Positions 50,118 through 62,044 are shown, counted from the first letter of the stretch. The stretch: DNA of 64,000 nucleotides from Nemertoderma westbladi (GCA_032718475.1 JAUCBJ010008852.1:1-64000), one strand, 5' to 3'. Notes: a model not told the origin generated them from the sequence alone. Translations and numbers: made by a program.

Positions 50118-50879
50118 GTAAGTCTAAACTTTTAACCAGGGTGCTACCGGTAGGCCTACTACTCTTCATTCAGGTACAGCTTTACTGCTGTTTATGCTAC
50201 TTTTGTTTATTTATGGAATAAACAAAATGTTCTAGAATATGATACAATTATTAAATAGAATAAATGGCCTGCATGGGCAGCCTTTTTATTGGTACCATAA
50301 AATAACTATAAGGCTGAAGAATGATTCCTGTAAATTATCGCTGGAGACACCTTTTTCAAAGAATGTAGCTAAAGAATAAAGCAAAAATAAATATTCTAGC
50401 TCATCCACGGAGGAGAAGGGAGGTGAACTATCTGTTTCATATTTCATGCAATCTCATTAAGATTTGTAGAAAAATTTGGGGGGGGGGGGGTCCAGGTACC
50501 TGAATAACGACACTATATTCCAGGACATGGTGTATACTACATAGGACTAACAGGCCATTTTAACTTGATTCAAACTTGATTTTTGTTAACGTACGACATT
50601 ATTTACATACAACCGTATCTCCTAATCTTTGAGATTTAGCGGAACTTGAGCCCAAATCATTGGTTTTACTAAATCATCGAAAAAGTTGTAAATGCAACAT
50701 ATTCCTAGATTTAATTTATTGTGCGTCCATTTTTATGACAAGTATAGCAATTAAATGGGTCTATATCTCACTGATCCAGCAATGTACTGTATGTAAAAAG
50801 TAAAGTAAAGTAAATTTTACAGTTACTGTATCTGTGTCTGTACTGTATCTTACTAATCACAAACAATCTATGTTTATAG

Positions 50880-51064
50880 ACGAGAGTTCTGGATTCGTGC
50901 GTCCAAATCACTACGAGAATTCGAAACCCATTGAACTAACATCTGAAGTCTCCGTCCTGGTTCCTTGCCGTAAGAAACGACCAACTGATAAACGATCCAT
51001 AAGGTATTACAGACCCTCTCAAAAATACTCTCGCCCTTATGTATCATTCTTCCTAGAAGGCGTG
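50880..51064 (+). CDS. Exon c: N-half of Ig domain 2
   Basis: tttatag| ... GTG|gtaagt, phase 1-0. Encodes (D)ESSGFVRPNHYENSKPIELTSEVSVLVPCRKKRP...FLEGV. The YVYVD...FV...VPCR pattern resembles the D1/D2 junction of VEGFR/PDGFR. Confidence 0.82.
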
Positions 51065-51549
51065 GTAAGTTAACTCATGATTATAATTCTAATTGTAGAT
51101 TTCCCACATTTCTAATATTTTGTAAATTTATATTTTGTAAAGTATTATGACAGAGTCAGCATGTTTATAGGCCTGGTACTTTGGTAGCAGTTGGTTACGA
51201 TGTGATCTGTTAATGGCCAGACGCAGAACATGATCGATTTCCTATCATAGATCCATATCGTCGAGCTTTACAGTACTTAAATCGATTCGACCGCGGCTTA
51301 GGCTGCTGTAAGTTCGCAGCTGTTGCGACAGTTTGGCGCTGATATTTCCAATATTATCTGATTCAGTTGTGGCTGCGCTTAAACCCTAATATCAAGTGGA
51401 ATGTAACCCATAATCTAAGCAAATGGACCAACGAATCCCAAACTAACAACGCTTACCAAAATAATAAATTATTGTTTTCTCTTTGATGAACACGAGTTGT
51501 TGACACGTGAACACCATAGTTCCCTATTTAATATATATTAATATTTTAT

Positions 51550-51577
51550 TTAATCCAGGCCGTGTGGCCTGGATTAA
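51550..51577 (-). other. Perfect 12-bp stem-loop followed on the minus strand by an AT-rich AATAAA tail; probable 3' end of a LINE/SINE
   Basis: TTAATCCAGGCC-GTGT-GGCCTGGATTAA. The minus strand continues ATAAAATATTAATATAT. Confidence 0.45.
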
Positions 51578-51648
51578 CAAGAACTTAAATTGGAAAAATT
51601 AACTGAAATTAACTTGGAAAAACAAACAAAAAAATACAAGAAAATATC

Positions 51649-53931
51649 ACAGTTACAGTTACAGTTACAGTTACAGTTACAGTTACAGTTACAGTTACAG
51701 TTACAGTTACAGTTACAGTTACAGTTACAGTTACAGTTACAGTTACAGTTACAGTTACAGTTACAGTTACAGTTACAGTTACAGTTACAGTTACAGTTAC
51801 AGTTACAGTTACAGTTACAGTTACAGTTACAGTTACAGTTACAGTTACAGTTACAGTTACAGTTACAGTTACAGTTACAGTTACAGTTACAGTTACAGTT
51901 ACAGTTACAGTTACAGTTACAGTTACAGTTACAGTTACAGTTACAGTTACAGTTACAGTTACAGTTACAGTTACAGTTACAGTTACAGTTACAGTTACAG
52001 TTACAGTTACAGTTACAGTTACAGTTACAGTTACAGTTACAGTTACAGTTACAGTTACAGTTACAGTTACAGTTACAGTTACAGTTACAGTTACAGTTAC
52101 AGTTACAGTTACAGTTACAGTTACAGTTACAGTTACAGTTACAGTTACAGTTACAGTTACAGTTACAGTTACAGTTACAGTTACAGTTACAGTTACAGTT
52201 ACAGTTACAGTTACAGTTACAGTTACAGTTACAGTTACAGTTACAGTTACAGTTACAGTTACAGTTACAGTTACAGTTACAGTTACAGTTACAGTTACAG
52301 TTACAGTTACAGTTACAGTTACAGTTACAGTTACAGTTACAGTTACAGTTACAGTTACAGTTACAGTTACAGTTACAGTTACAGTTACAGTTACAGTTAC
52401 AGTTACAGTTACAGTTACAGTTACAGTTACAGTTACAGTTACAGTTACAGTTACAGTTACAGTTACAGTTACAGTTACAGTTACAGTTACAGTTACAGTT
52501 ACAGTTACAGTTACAGTTACAGTTACAGTTACAGTTACAGTTACAGTTACAGTTACAGTTACAGTTACAGTTACAGTTACAGTTACAGTTACAGTTACAG
52601 TTACAGTTACAGTTACAGTTACAGTTACAGTTACAGTTACAGTTACAGTTACAGTTACAGTTACAGTTACAGTTACAGTTACAGTTACAGTTACAGTTAC
52701 AGTTACAGTTACAGTTACAGTTACAGTTACAGTTACAGTTACAGTTACAGTTACAGTTACAGTTACAGTTACAGTTACAGTTACAGTTACAGTTACAGTT
52801 ACAGTTACAGTTACAGTTACAGTTACAGTTACAGTTACAGTTACAGTTACAGTTACAGTTACAGTTACAGTTACAGTTACAGTTACAGTTACAGTTACAG
52901 TTACAGTTACAGTTACAGTTACAGTTACAGTTACAGTTACAGTTACAGTTACAGTTACAGTTACAGTTACAGTTACAGTTACAGTTACAGTTACAGTTAC
53001 AGTTACAGTTACAGTTACAGTTACAGTTACAGTTACAGTTACAGTTACAGTTACAGTTACAGTTACAGTTACAGTTACAGTTACAGTTACAGTTACAGTT
53101 ACAGTTACAGTTACAGTTACAGTTACAGTTACAGTTACAGTTACAGTTACAGTTACAGTTACAGTTACAGTTACAGTTACAGTTACAGTTACAGTTACAG
53201 TTACAGTTACAGTTACAGTTACAGTTACAGTTACAGTTACAGTTACAGTTACAGTTACAGTTACAGTTACAGTTACAGTTACAGTTACAGTTACAGTTAC
53301 AGTTACAGTTACAGTTACAGTTACAGTTACAGTTACAGTTACAGTTACAGTTACAGTTACAGTTACAGTTACAGTTACAGTTACAGTTACAGTTACAGTT
53401 ACAGTTACAGTTACAGTTACAGTTACAGTTACAGTTACAGTTACAGTTACAGTTACAGTTACAGTTACAGTTACAGTTACAGTTACAGTTACAGTTACAG
53501 TTACAGTTACAGTTACAGTTACAGTTACAGTTACAGTTACAGTTACAGTTACAGTTACAGTTACAGTTACAGTTACAGTTACAGTTACAGTTACAGTTAC
53601 AGTTACAGTTACAGTTACAGTTACAGTTACAGTTACAGTTACAGTTACAGTTACAGTTACAGTTACAGTTACAGTTACAGTTACAGTTACAGTTACAGTT
53701 ACAGTTACAGTTACAGTTACAGTTACAGTTACAGTTACAGTTACAGTTACAGTTACAGTTACAGTTACAGTTACAGTTACAGTTACAGTTACAGTTACAG
53801 TTACAGTTACAGTTACAGTTACAGTTACAGTTACAGTTACAGTTACAGTTACAGTTACAGTTACAGTTACAGTTACAGTTACAGTTACAGTTACAGTTAC
53901 AGTTACAGTTACAGTTACAGTTACAGTTACA
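51649..53931. repeat. Perfect (ACAGTT)n microsatellite, ~380 copies
   Basis: Uninterrupted hexamer over ~2.28 kb with no visible variant unit. Confidence 0.99.
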
Positions 53932-54319
53932 CACATAGATGACCAAACAACCAAATAACGCAATAAATACTGTAGTGCCAATAATAATAAACAGAAATTC
54001 TACCACACTACGGGCTTGTTGTGTATTTCACACTTCCTGCGAGCACAGAAATGAGAAAAACACACAAACGGTACCGTTCCCTCGTTAATGAGGAGGGATT
54101 ATCTTAAAATAAAATTGATTATCTTATGTTACACGAAGGTACAATGCAATGGATTGATCGTTTATTAAATATAGTGAAATTATTATTTTTGCAGGCTGTT
54201 AACCTGTTTTGCCTTCTCTCCTACTCTCTCGCGAAATATTAGCGAAATATTTAAAGAGTCAATCTTCCATTGAAGGCGGTGTAGCTTAGTTAGTTGAGTG
54301 CCGGGCTTACAAATATCCG

Positions 54320-57300
54320 GCTCTGGGTCGCCACCAGCTTCAGGTTGCATTCGGCTTTGGGTCGCCTCTGCCTTCAGGTCGCCGCAGGCTTCTGGTCGCA
54401 TCAGGCATCGGGTCGCCTCCAGCATCGGGTTGCCTCAGGCTTTGGGTCGCCTCTGGCATCGCGTTGCCTCCAGCATCGGGTCGCCTCAGGCTTCTTCGGG
54501 TCGCCTCAGGCATCCGGTCGCCTGAAGCATTGAGTCGCCTCAGGCTTCGGGTCGCCTCAGGCATCGGGTCTCATCAGGCTTCAGGTCGCCTCCGGCTTTG
54601 TCTCGCCTCAGGCATCGGGTCGCCTCAGGCTTCGGGTCGCCTCAGGCTTTGGGTCGCCTCAGGCTTCAGGTCACCTCAGGCTTCGGGTCTTCTCAGGCAT
54701 CGGGTCGCCTCAGGCATTGGGTCGCCTCAGGCTTTGGGTCGCCTCAGGCTTCGGGTCACCTCAGGCTTCGGGTCGCCTCAGGCATCGGGTCGCCTCAGGC
54801 ATCGGGTCGCCTCAGGCTTCGGGTCGCCTCAGGCTTTGGGTCGCCTCAGGCTTCAGGTCACCTCAGGCTTCGGGTCTTCTCAGGCATCGGGTCGCCTCAG
54901 GCATTGGGTCGCCTCAGGCTTTGGGTCGCCTCAGGCTTCGGGTCACCTCAGGCTTCGGGTCGCCTCAGGCATCGGGTCGCCTCAGGCATCGGGTCGCCTC
55001 AGGCTTCGGGTCACCTCAGGCTTCGGGTCGCCTCAGGCATCGGGTCGCCTCAGGCATCGGGTCGCCTCAGGCTTCAGGTTGCCTCAGGCATTGGGTTGCC
55101 TCAGGCATCGGGTCGCCTCAGGCTTCGGGTTGCCTCAGGCATCGGGTCGCCTCAGGCTTCGGGTCGCCTCAGGCATCGGGTCGACTCAGGCTTCGGATCG
55201 CCTCAGGCATCGGGTCGCCTCAGGCTTCGGGTCGCCTCAGGCTTTGGGTCGCCTCAGGCTTTGGGTCGCCTCAGGCTTCAGGTCACCTCAGGCTTCGGGT
55301 CTTCTCAGGCATCGGGTCGCCTCAGGCATTGGGTCGCCTCAGGCTTTGGGTCGCCTCAGGCTTCGGGTCACCTCAGGCTTCGGGTCGCCTCAGGCATCGG
55401 GTCGCCTCAGGCATCGGGTCGCCTCAGGCTTCGGGTCACCTCAGGCTTCGGGTCGCCTCAGGCATCGGGTCGCCTCAGGCATCGGGTCGCCTCAGGCTTC
55501 AGGTTGCCTCAGGCATTGGGTTGCCTCAGGCATCGGGTCGCCTCAGGCTTCGGGTTGCCTCAGGCATCGGGTCGCCTCAGGCTTCGGGTCGCCTCAGGCA
55601 TCGGGTCGACTCAGGCTTCGGATCGCCTCAGGCATCGGGTTGCGCCAGGCTTTGGGTCGCCTCAGGCATTGAGGACCTTCGAATACGTAAGGGAAAGGCA
55701 TGGGCAGCCTTGAATAAGCTTTCCAGGATTTGGAAGTCACCTAGAATTAATCGGAAACTTAAGATTATTCAGAGCAGCAGTAGTTCCAGTACTCCTCTAC
55801 GGGAGTCAATGCTGGGCTCTAACTGCTGAGGACACCAAATCTCTGGATGGCACATTCACAAGAATGCTACGCCGGGTACATTGTGTCAAGTACAATGCAC
55901 ACATCTCCAACCAGACACTATATAACATTGGAGGTGTCTCATTGGTTCCCCCAAGCTTGACACTAGAACAAAATCGCCTCCGCTTTGCAGGACATTGCTT
56001 TCGCCGTGAGGACCAGCCAGTGCATAATCTTGTACTTTGGCAGCCTCATGGAGTGAATAAGCATGGTGGACAGCCCATGACTTTCTTGAGACGCATCTTA
56101 AAGGACACTGGCCTTAAAGATGCGGATGATCTAGCAAATGTCATGGGTGATAGGGAGTTGTGGCGGTGCAATTTTGTTGACAAGCCGGCACAGCATTCTT
56201 AAAAATGCAGCTGCAATGCAGCATGCCGATCCTAGTAGTAGTAGTAGTAGTGGTTGACTATGTTCTACGCATGTCCTTAGATCATTATAATGATGATGGG
56301 GTGATGATAACTCCACCTACTGGCTCCAAAAGTCGAGGAAATCCTGCCAAGTACCTAACTGATCTAGACTTTGCTGATGACTTAGGAGTACTCTCAGAAT
56401 CATTAGAGGGAGCCCAATGGCTCCTCAGCTCATTAGAACATGCTGCTTCTAGTGTTGGTCTTTTTATTAACTCCAGAAAGACCAAAATTCTGACAGTTAA
56501 CTTTGAAAGTCCTCAGCAAGTCTCTGATCGGATGAGCATAAGGTCAAAGGATGGTATGCTTGAGCATGTGGACGACTTCTGTTACCTGGGATCATGGATC
56601 CGGAAGTCAGGTGAGGACCTTCGAATACGCAAGGGAAAGGCATGGGCAGCCTTGAATAGGCTTTCCAGGATTTGGAAGTCACCGAGAATTAAACGGAAAC
56701 TTAAGGTCCGATTATTTAGAGCAGCAGTAGTTCCAGTACACCTCTACGGGAGTCCATGCTGGGCTCTAACTGCTGAGGACACCAAATCTCTGGATGGCAC
56801 ATTCACAAGAATGCTACGCCGGGTTCATTGTGTCAAGTACAATGCCCACATCTCCAACGAGACACTATATAACATTGGAGGTGTCTCATTGGTTCCCCCA
56901 AGCTTGACACTAGAACAAAATCGCCTCCGCTTTGCAGGACATTGCTTTCGCCGTGAGGACCAGCCAGTGCATAATCTTGTAATTTGGCAGCCTCATGGAG
57001 TGAATAAGCATGGAGGACAGCCCATGACTTTCTTGAGACGCATCTTAAAGGACACTGGCCTTAAAGATGCGGATGATCTAGCAAATGTCATGGGTGATAG
57101 GGAGTTGTGGCGGTGCAATTTTGTTGACAAGCCGGCACAGCATTCTTAAAAATGCAGCTGCAATGCAGCATGCCGATCCTAGTAGTGCCTCAGGCATTGG
57201 GTCGCCTCAGGCATCGGGTCACCTCAGGCTTCGGGTTGCCTCAGGCATCGGGTCACCTCAGGCTTCGGGTTGCCTCAGGCATCGGGTTGCCTCAGGCTTC

Positions 57301-58862
57301 GGGTCGTCTCAGGCATCGGGTCGCCTCAGGCATCGGGTCGCCTCAGGCTTCGGCTCTCCTCAGGCTTCGGGTCGCCTCGGGCATCGGGTCGAACCAGGCT
57401 TCGGGTCGCCTCTGCCTTCGGGTCGCCTCAGGCTTCGGGTCGCCTTAGGCTTCGGGTCGCCTCAGGCATCGGGTCGCCTCAGGCTTCGGCTCGCCTCAGG
57501 CTTCGGGTCGCCTCGGGCATCGGGTCGAACCAGGGTTCGGGTCGCCTCTGCCTTCGGATTACCTCAGGCTTCGGGTCGCCTTAGGCTTCGGGTCGCCTCA
57601 GGCATCGGGTTGCCTCAGGCTTCGGGTCGCCTCTGCCCTTGGGTCGCCTCAGGGTTCGGGTCGCCTCAGGCTCCAGGTCGCCTCAGGCTTCGGCTCGCCT
57701 CAGGCTTCGGGTCGCCTCGGGCATCGGGTCGCCTCAGGCTTTGGGTCGCCTCTGCCTTCGAGTCGCCTCAGGCTTCGGGTTGCCTCAGGCTTCGGGTCGC
57801 CTCAGGCATCGGGTTGCCTCAGGCTTTGGGTCGCCTCTGCCTTCAGGTCGCCTCAGGCTTCGGGTTGCCTCAGGCATCGGGTCGCCCCAGGCTTCGGGTC
57901 GTCTCAGGCATCGGGTCGCCTCAGGCTTCGGGTCGCCTCAGGCATCGGGTCGCCTCAGGCTTCGGCTCGCTTCAGGCTTCGGGTCGCCTCGGGCATTGGG
58001 TCGAACCAGGCTTCGGGTCGCCTCTGCCTTCGGGTCGCCTCAGGCTTCGGGTCGCCTTAGGCTTCGGGTCACCTCAGGCATCGGGTTGCCTCAGGCTTCG
58101 GGTCGCTTCTGTCTTCGGGTTGCCTCAGGGTTCGGGTCGCCTCAGGCTTCGGGTCGCCTCGGGCATCGGGTTGCCTCAGGCTTCTGGTCGCCTCTGCCTT
58201 CGGGTCGCCTCAGGCTTCGGGTCGCCTCAGGCTTTGGGTTGCCTCAGGCATCGGGTTGCCTCAGGCTTCGGGTCGCCTCTGCCTTCAGGTCGCCTCAGGG
58301 TTCGGGTCGCCTCAGGCATCGGGTCACCTCAGGCTTCGGGTCGCCTCAAGCATTGGGTGGCCTCAGGCTTCGGGTCGCCTCAGGCATCGGGTCGCCTCAG
58401 GCTTCGGGTCGCCTCTTCCTTCGGGTCACCTAAAGCTTTAGGTCGCCTCAGGCATCGGGTTGCCTCAGGCATCGGGTCGCCTCAGGCTTTGGGTTGCCTC
58501 AAGCTTCGGGTCGCCTCAGGCATCAGGTCGCCTCAGGCTTTGGGTTGCCTCAAGCTTCGGGTTGCCTCAGGCTTTGGGTCGCCTCAGGCTTCGGGTTTCC
58601 TCAGGCTTCGGGTCGCCTCAGGCTTCGGGTCGCCTCAGGCTTTGGGTCACCTCAGGCTTTGGGTCGCCTCAGGCTTCAGGTAGCCTCAGGCTTTGGGTCG
58701 CCTCTGGCTTTGGGTCGCCTCAGGCTTCAGGTCGTCTCAGGCTTTGGGTCGCCTCTGGCTTTGGGTTGCCTCTGGCTTCGGGTTGCCTCAGGCATCGGGT
58801 CGCCTCTGGCTTCGGGTCGCCTTAGGCATCGGGTCGCCTCCAGCTTCGGGTCGCCTCCAGCT
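54320..58862. repeat. Satellite D, 17-bp GC/CpG-rich repeat (~180 units), split by an RTE insertion
   Basis: Unit GGGTCGCCTCAGGC[T/A]TC with degenerate edges. A 425-bp (25-unit) higher-order duplication is visible (variant block at ~55071-55200 recurs at ~55496-55625). Confidence 0.96.
55671..57186 (+). mobile_element. Two head-to-tail 5'-truncated RTE-clade LINE fragments (55671-~56250 and ~56248-57186)
   Basis: RT C-terminal motifs DLDFADD, INSRKTK, FCYLGS, LYGSPCWAL, RLRFAGHC. Each copy ends in an (AGT)n tail. Candidate TSD GCCTCAGGCATT at 55659-55670 and 57187-57198. Confidence 0.9.
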
Positions 58863-58966
58863 TTGGCCAACTGTTTGCTTTTGCAATCTTCCATAGAATA
58901 AGTTAGCCAAAAGTTAAATTTGTGGAGTACTTTAAGCAACAATAATTATAAATAATTTACTTGCAG

Positions 58967-59111
58967 AAATGGTTGAGAGAAGGAGGAATAATTCATTGGG
59001 ATTCGTTTATGCAAGCTTTGAAACATTTGGGTAGAAATCCAGTGACAATCTATTGCTCCATATATACAGCGTCTGTAAATGAAAGGTCTTATTACAAGCT
59101 CATCTATTCAG
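58967..59111 (+). CDS. Exon d: C-half of Ig domain 2
   Basis: ttgcag| ... CAG|gtatga, phase 0-1. Encodes KWLREGGIIHWDSFMQALKHLGRNPVTIYCSIYTASVNERSYYKLIYS. IxWDS...C resembles VEGFR D2. Confidence 0.8.
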
Positions 59112-59620
59112 GTATGAATAAATATATTATTTATAAATTATTATAAATATATTTTGTTATAAACTAAATCATCTTAAATCCTCTCAAGATTCCTTGTAAA
59201 ACTCATTTCTACACATCGTGTACATATCGTGTACAGTAGTTGATTCTCTTACCGCTAGTAGTGAGAGATAAAAGGTTGATCCTTGGCTTTGGCGGCATAA
59301 ATAATTTATGTTGACAATTACCCTAACTATTGCCGATAGTCCCGCTTGTTGAGTTAAAAAAGGGCCTTTCTGAAAGAATTGAATTGAGAGTATGACATTT
59401 TGAAAAAAAAAATACGTTTATTGTTTTGATTAGAAAAGTCCATCAAAGTAATTTTACTTACAAATTATTTGTACTGGTAATACATTTTTTTTGCGAGGTG
59501 TAAATGAAACCCAAAAATCATTCCCTATCATCCTTGCTTATCCCTTTGCTGCGGCAGCGAAAACCAACCACTATCAGGTTGTGGGGAATTAGCGCAACAC
59601 GCATACACGTTCCAGGATTC

Positions 59621-59694
59621 TCTAAAGTGAAAACACCGAAATCTTTTTAACTGGCACATCACAGTTAAAAAGATTTTGGTGTTTTCACTTTAGA
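59621..59694. repeat. 33-bp inverted repeat with 8-nt loop
   Basis: TCTAAAGTGAAAACACCGAAATCTTTTTAACTG-GCACATCA-CAGTTAAAAAGATTTTGGTGTTTTCACTTTAGA, with one G/T non-WC pair. Confidence 0.9.
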
Positions 59695-59744
59695 AAGACA
59701 GCCTCCAATCTTTCCGTCTACTACTGTATACACGCGATGCGCAT

Positions 59745-59925
59745 TCGGGATACAATAGAACTTATCAATAAGCAGGTTGATGCCATTAACAATAGGCAAT
59801 CAGCCCAGGCAGGACAAACAGTAAACCTGCTCACTGGGAGGAAAAGCCAACCAACCAACCACCAAGGTTTAGACTAAATGCCTCAAAGGTTGGAAGGACC
59901 ACTTTGAGAAGCTTCTAAACATTGA
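59745..59925 (+). mobile_element. Degenerate RTE-like LINE fragment (endonuclease-RT linker region)
   Basis: Reads ...AGQTVNLLTGRKSQP and, after a disruption, CLKGWKDHFEKLLN, resembling the RTE linker motifs LTGRK and WxxHFxxLLN. Confidence 0.55.
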
Positions 59926-60246
59926 AAGGCTTGCCTGATAACTTACTATAACTCTGATATTAATACGTAAACAAAATGTTCTAGATATGGTGTATCTATC
60001 AAATAGAATAATATAGCTTCGTGCAATTCAAAACCATGCAACTTTCCTTAAATAATGCTGAGATATGGGCATTCTTTCGAATGCCCTACCCTTATCTTAG
60101 CTATTTTCAAACGAAGCACAGATTGTGTTTTATTTGGAATTCTTGCATGGTCGGCTATCCATTGCTACCAACAATTCACTGTAAGGTTGAAGACTAACTG
60201 CGGTGTATTCTGGCTCACCCAGAATAAACATATTTTTGTGTTACAG

Positions 60247-60410
60247 CAAACAGACTGACAGCCCAGCCACGTGCAACAGTAGACGAAGACATGCCATATC
60301 GTGTCAAAGGGGAATCCATGACAATATCCTGCTCTGCAAAAGTTGAACAGTATACGGAGAGTGTGCAATGCTTATATTTGTTTTTCAACGGAAACCATCT
60401 CACCAAACGT
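60247..60410 (+). CDS. Exon e: N-half of Ig domain 3
   Basis: tgtgttacag| ... CGT|gttagt, phase 1-0. Encodes (A)NRLTAQPRATVDEDMPYRVKGESMTISCSAKVEQYTESVQCLYLFFNGNHLTKR (G-E-S-x-T-I-x-C). Confidence 0.85.
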
Positions 60411-60632
60411 GTTAGTTTAATTAACACTAAATAGATTCACAATTTAAATCTAATTCATCAAAATGAATTTAGTAACATTGATCTGTTTTAGTAAGTAATA
60501 CTGCCCAAAAATAAAAGGGAATAAAAAGTATAACAAATATAAAAATATAAAATAAAATAAAAAAGGGATTAAATAAATAATTTTCAAATGCATGCGAAAA
60601 AAACATGTTAGGAATGCGGGGATAGTAAATAT

Positions 60633-61207
60633 TACGACTTCCAGTACCCAGGATAATGGCTAGAGAGTAGCAAAAAGGACATAGAAGTTAGGAAAGCAAA
60701 GGCTTGGGTAGCTCTATCAAAAATGGATACCATCTGGAAATCAGATCTCTCCAGGCACCTGAAGACTAAGTTCTTTCGAGCCACAGTGGAAAGTGTATTT
60801 TTATACGGGGGTGAGACCTGGACACTGACTAAATCACTTGAACAACGAATTGATGGTTGCAACACAAGACTACTAAGGGCAGCCCTAAACATCAGCCTGA
60901 GACAACACATGACAAACGCCGAGCTTTATGGTACAATAACACCTGTATCAACCACCCTCCGTGAACGCAGATTAAGATTCAGTGGGCACTGCTGGCGAAG
61001 TAAAGACGAGGTCATACCAGATCTACTTTTCTGGCAACCAACTCATGGAAAGCGTAGTCATGGACGACCGGCCATAACATATAGAGATCAACTTGAAAGG
61101 GATACTGAACTTGGGAGAAACGAAATTGCGACAACTATGGAGAATCGGGAAGCCTGGAAGGATCTCATTTCCACTGTCCGAGTTCGCTCGACCTAGTAGT
61201 AGTAGTA
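60633..61207 (+). mobile_element. 5'-truncated RTE-clade LINE of a second family
   Basis: DFQYP..KDIEVRKAKAW..IWKS..FRATVESVFLYGGETWTL..RRLRFSGHCWR. The stop codon runs directly into an (AGT)n tail. Confidence 0.88.
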
Positions 61208-61545
61208 GAGTAAGTAGTGATTTTTTCTTATTGGCTAGAGTAAGTAGCGTTTCATTCCCTGTAATAAAACTTTCACTTGTAAAAATTAAATATAATATGT
61301 CATTTTTTTAACATTATTTTTAATTTCATTAAATATTATAATAAGTATTATTTATCATAAATAATAATATTATAGAACAAATATTTAATTAATTAAATAA
61401 AAACTATGACAGGTGTAACCATAGTAATGATTCGTTGACAATATCCGGAGTTGGATTGTTATCAAGGAAATGTTATTTAACATTTAAAATAAAATAAAAT
61501 AAAAATTATTTCCAGTCTCTATTTCCCTTTCATATATTTCCATAG

Positions 61546-61714
61546 GAAACTCCAATAAGGTGGGACTCCTGGCCCGATCCCTCGCATACAACAACTCATG
61601 AGTCATGGCAACTCAACACATTAACAGCTGCTGATACTGGCGAATACAAATGTGTGTTAATGAACTGTTATACAGATGTAACTAAGAATGACTCCATCAA
61701 TATCACTGTTTATG
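61546..61714 (+). CDS. Exon f: C-half of Ig domain 3
   Basis: tttccatag| ... TATG|gtaatt, phase 0-1. Encodes ETPIRWDSWPDPSHTTTHESWQLNTLTAADTGEYKCVLMNCYTDVTKNDSINITVY (D-T-G-E-Y-x-C). Confidence 0.87.
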
Positions 61715-62044
61715 GTAATTAATTAAATTATTTATTATTGTATTTAAATTATCTGAGGTTTCTAGACCAATTCTAGACCAAAGTTTCTAGACAATTTACT
61801 GTTTTGGTTAGAATTTTTATACATATTGGGAGCTGTTTTTAAGAAATAATTCTGATATAATTTACTAATTTTCCAGGGCATTTAATATTAATGCGGAACA
61901 AGTAGTCAGAGCAGGTTACAGGTGTAGGCTACATAAAGGATAACTTTATACGCCGCTTGTGAATATTGCGTGGGCTGACTATTAAATAATGTGAACAAAC
62001 TGCAAATTGTAAAATGGGGTACTTAAAGTTGTGTGAATGCACTA

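Noticed and set aside
50219-50265. ~45-bp similarity to 59969-60015 (AAACAAAATGTTCTAGA..AAATAGAATAA)
   Set aside because: Probably remnants of an old dispersed repeat, too short to classify.
51574-54006. Poly-CN / QL / VT ORFs, one with a hydrophobic N-terminus
   Set aside because: Translations of (ACAGTT)n. The hydrophobic leader is best explained by T-rich flanking sequence.
54183-58942. SGRLRLRVASGFGSPQA-type ORFs
   Set aside because: Translations of the 17-bp satellite.
59520-59600. Possible ribozyme (CTGAT.. / GAAA words, small hairpin) upstream of the RTE fragment
   Set aside because: The hammerhead core words lie on opposite strands and no HDV-like fold could be built by eye.
59112-61545. 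Two consecutive introns both exactly 1135 bp
   Set aside because: Their sequences are unrelated and contain different TE fragments, so this is treated as coincidence.
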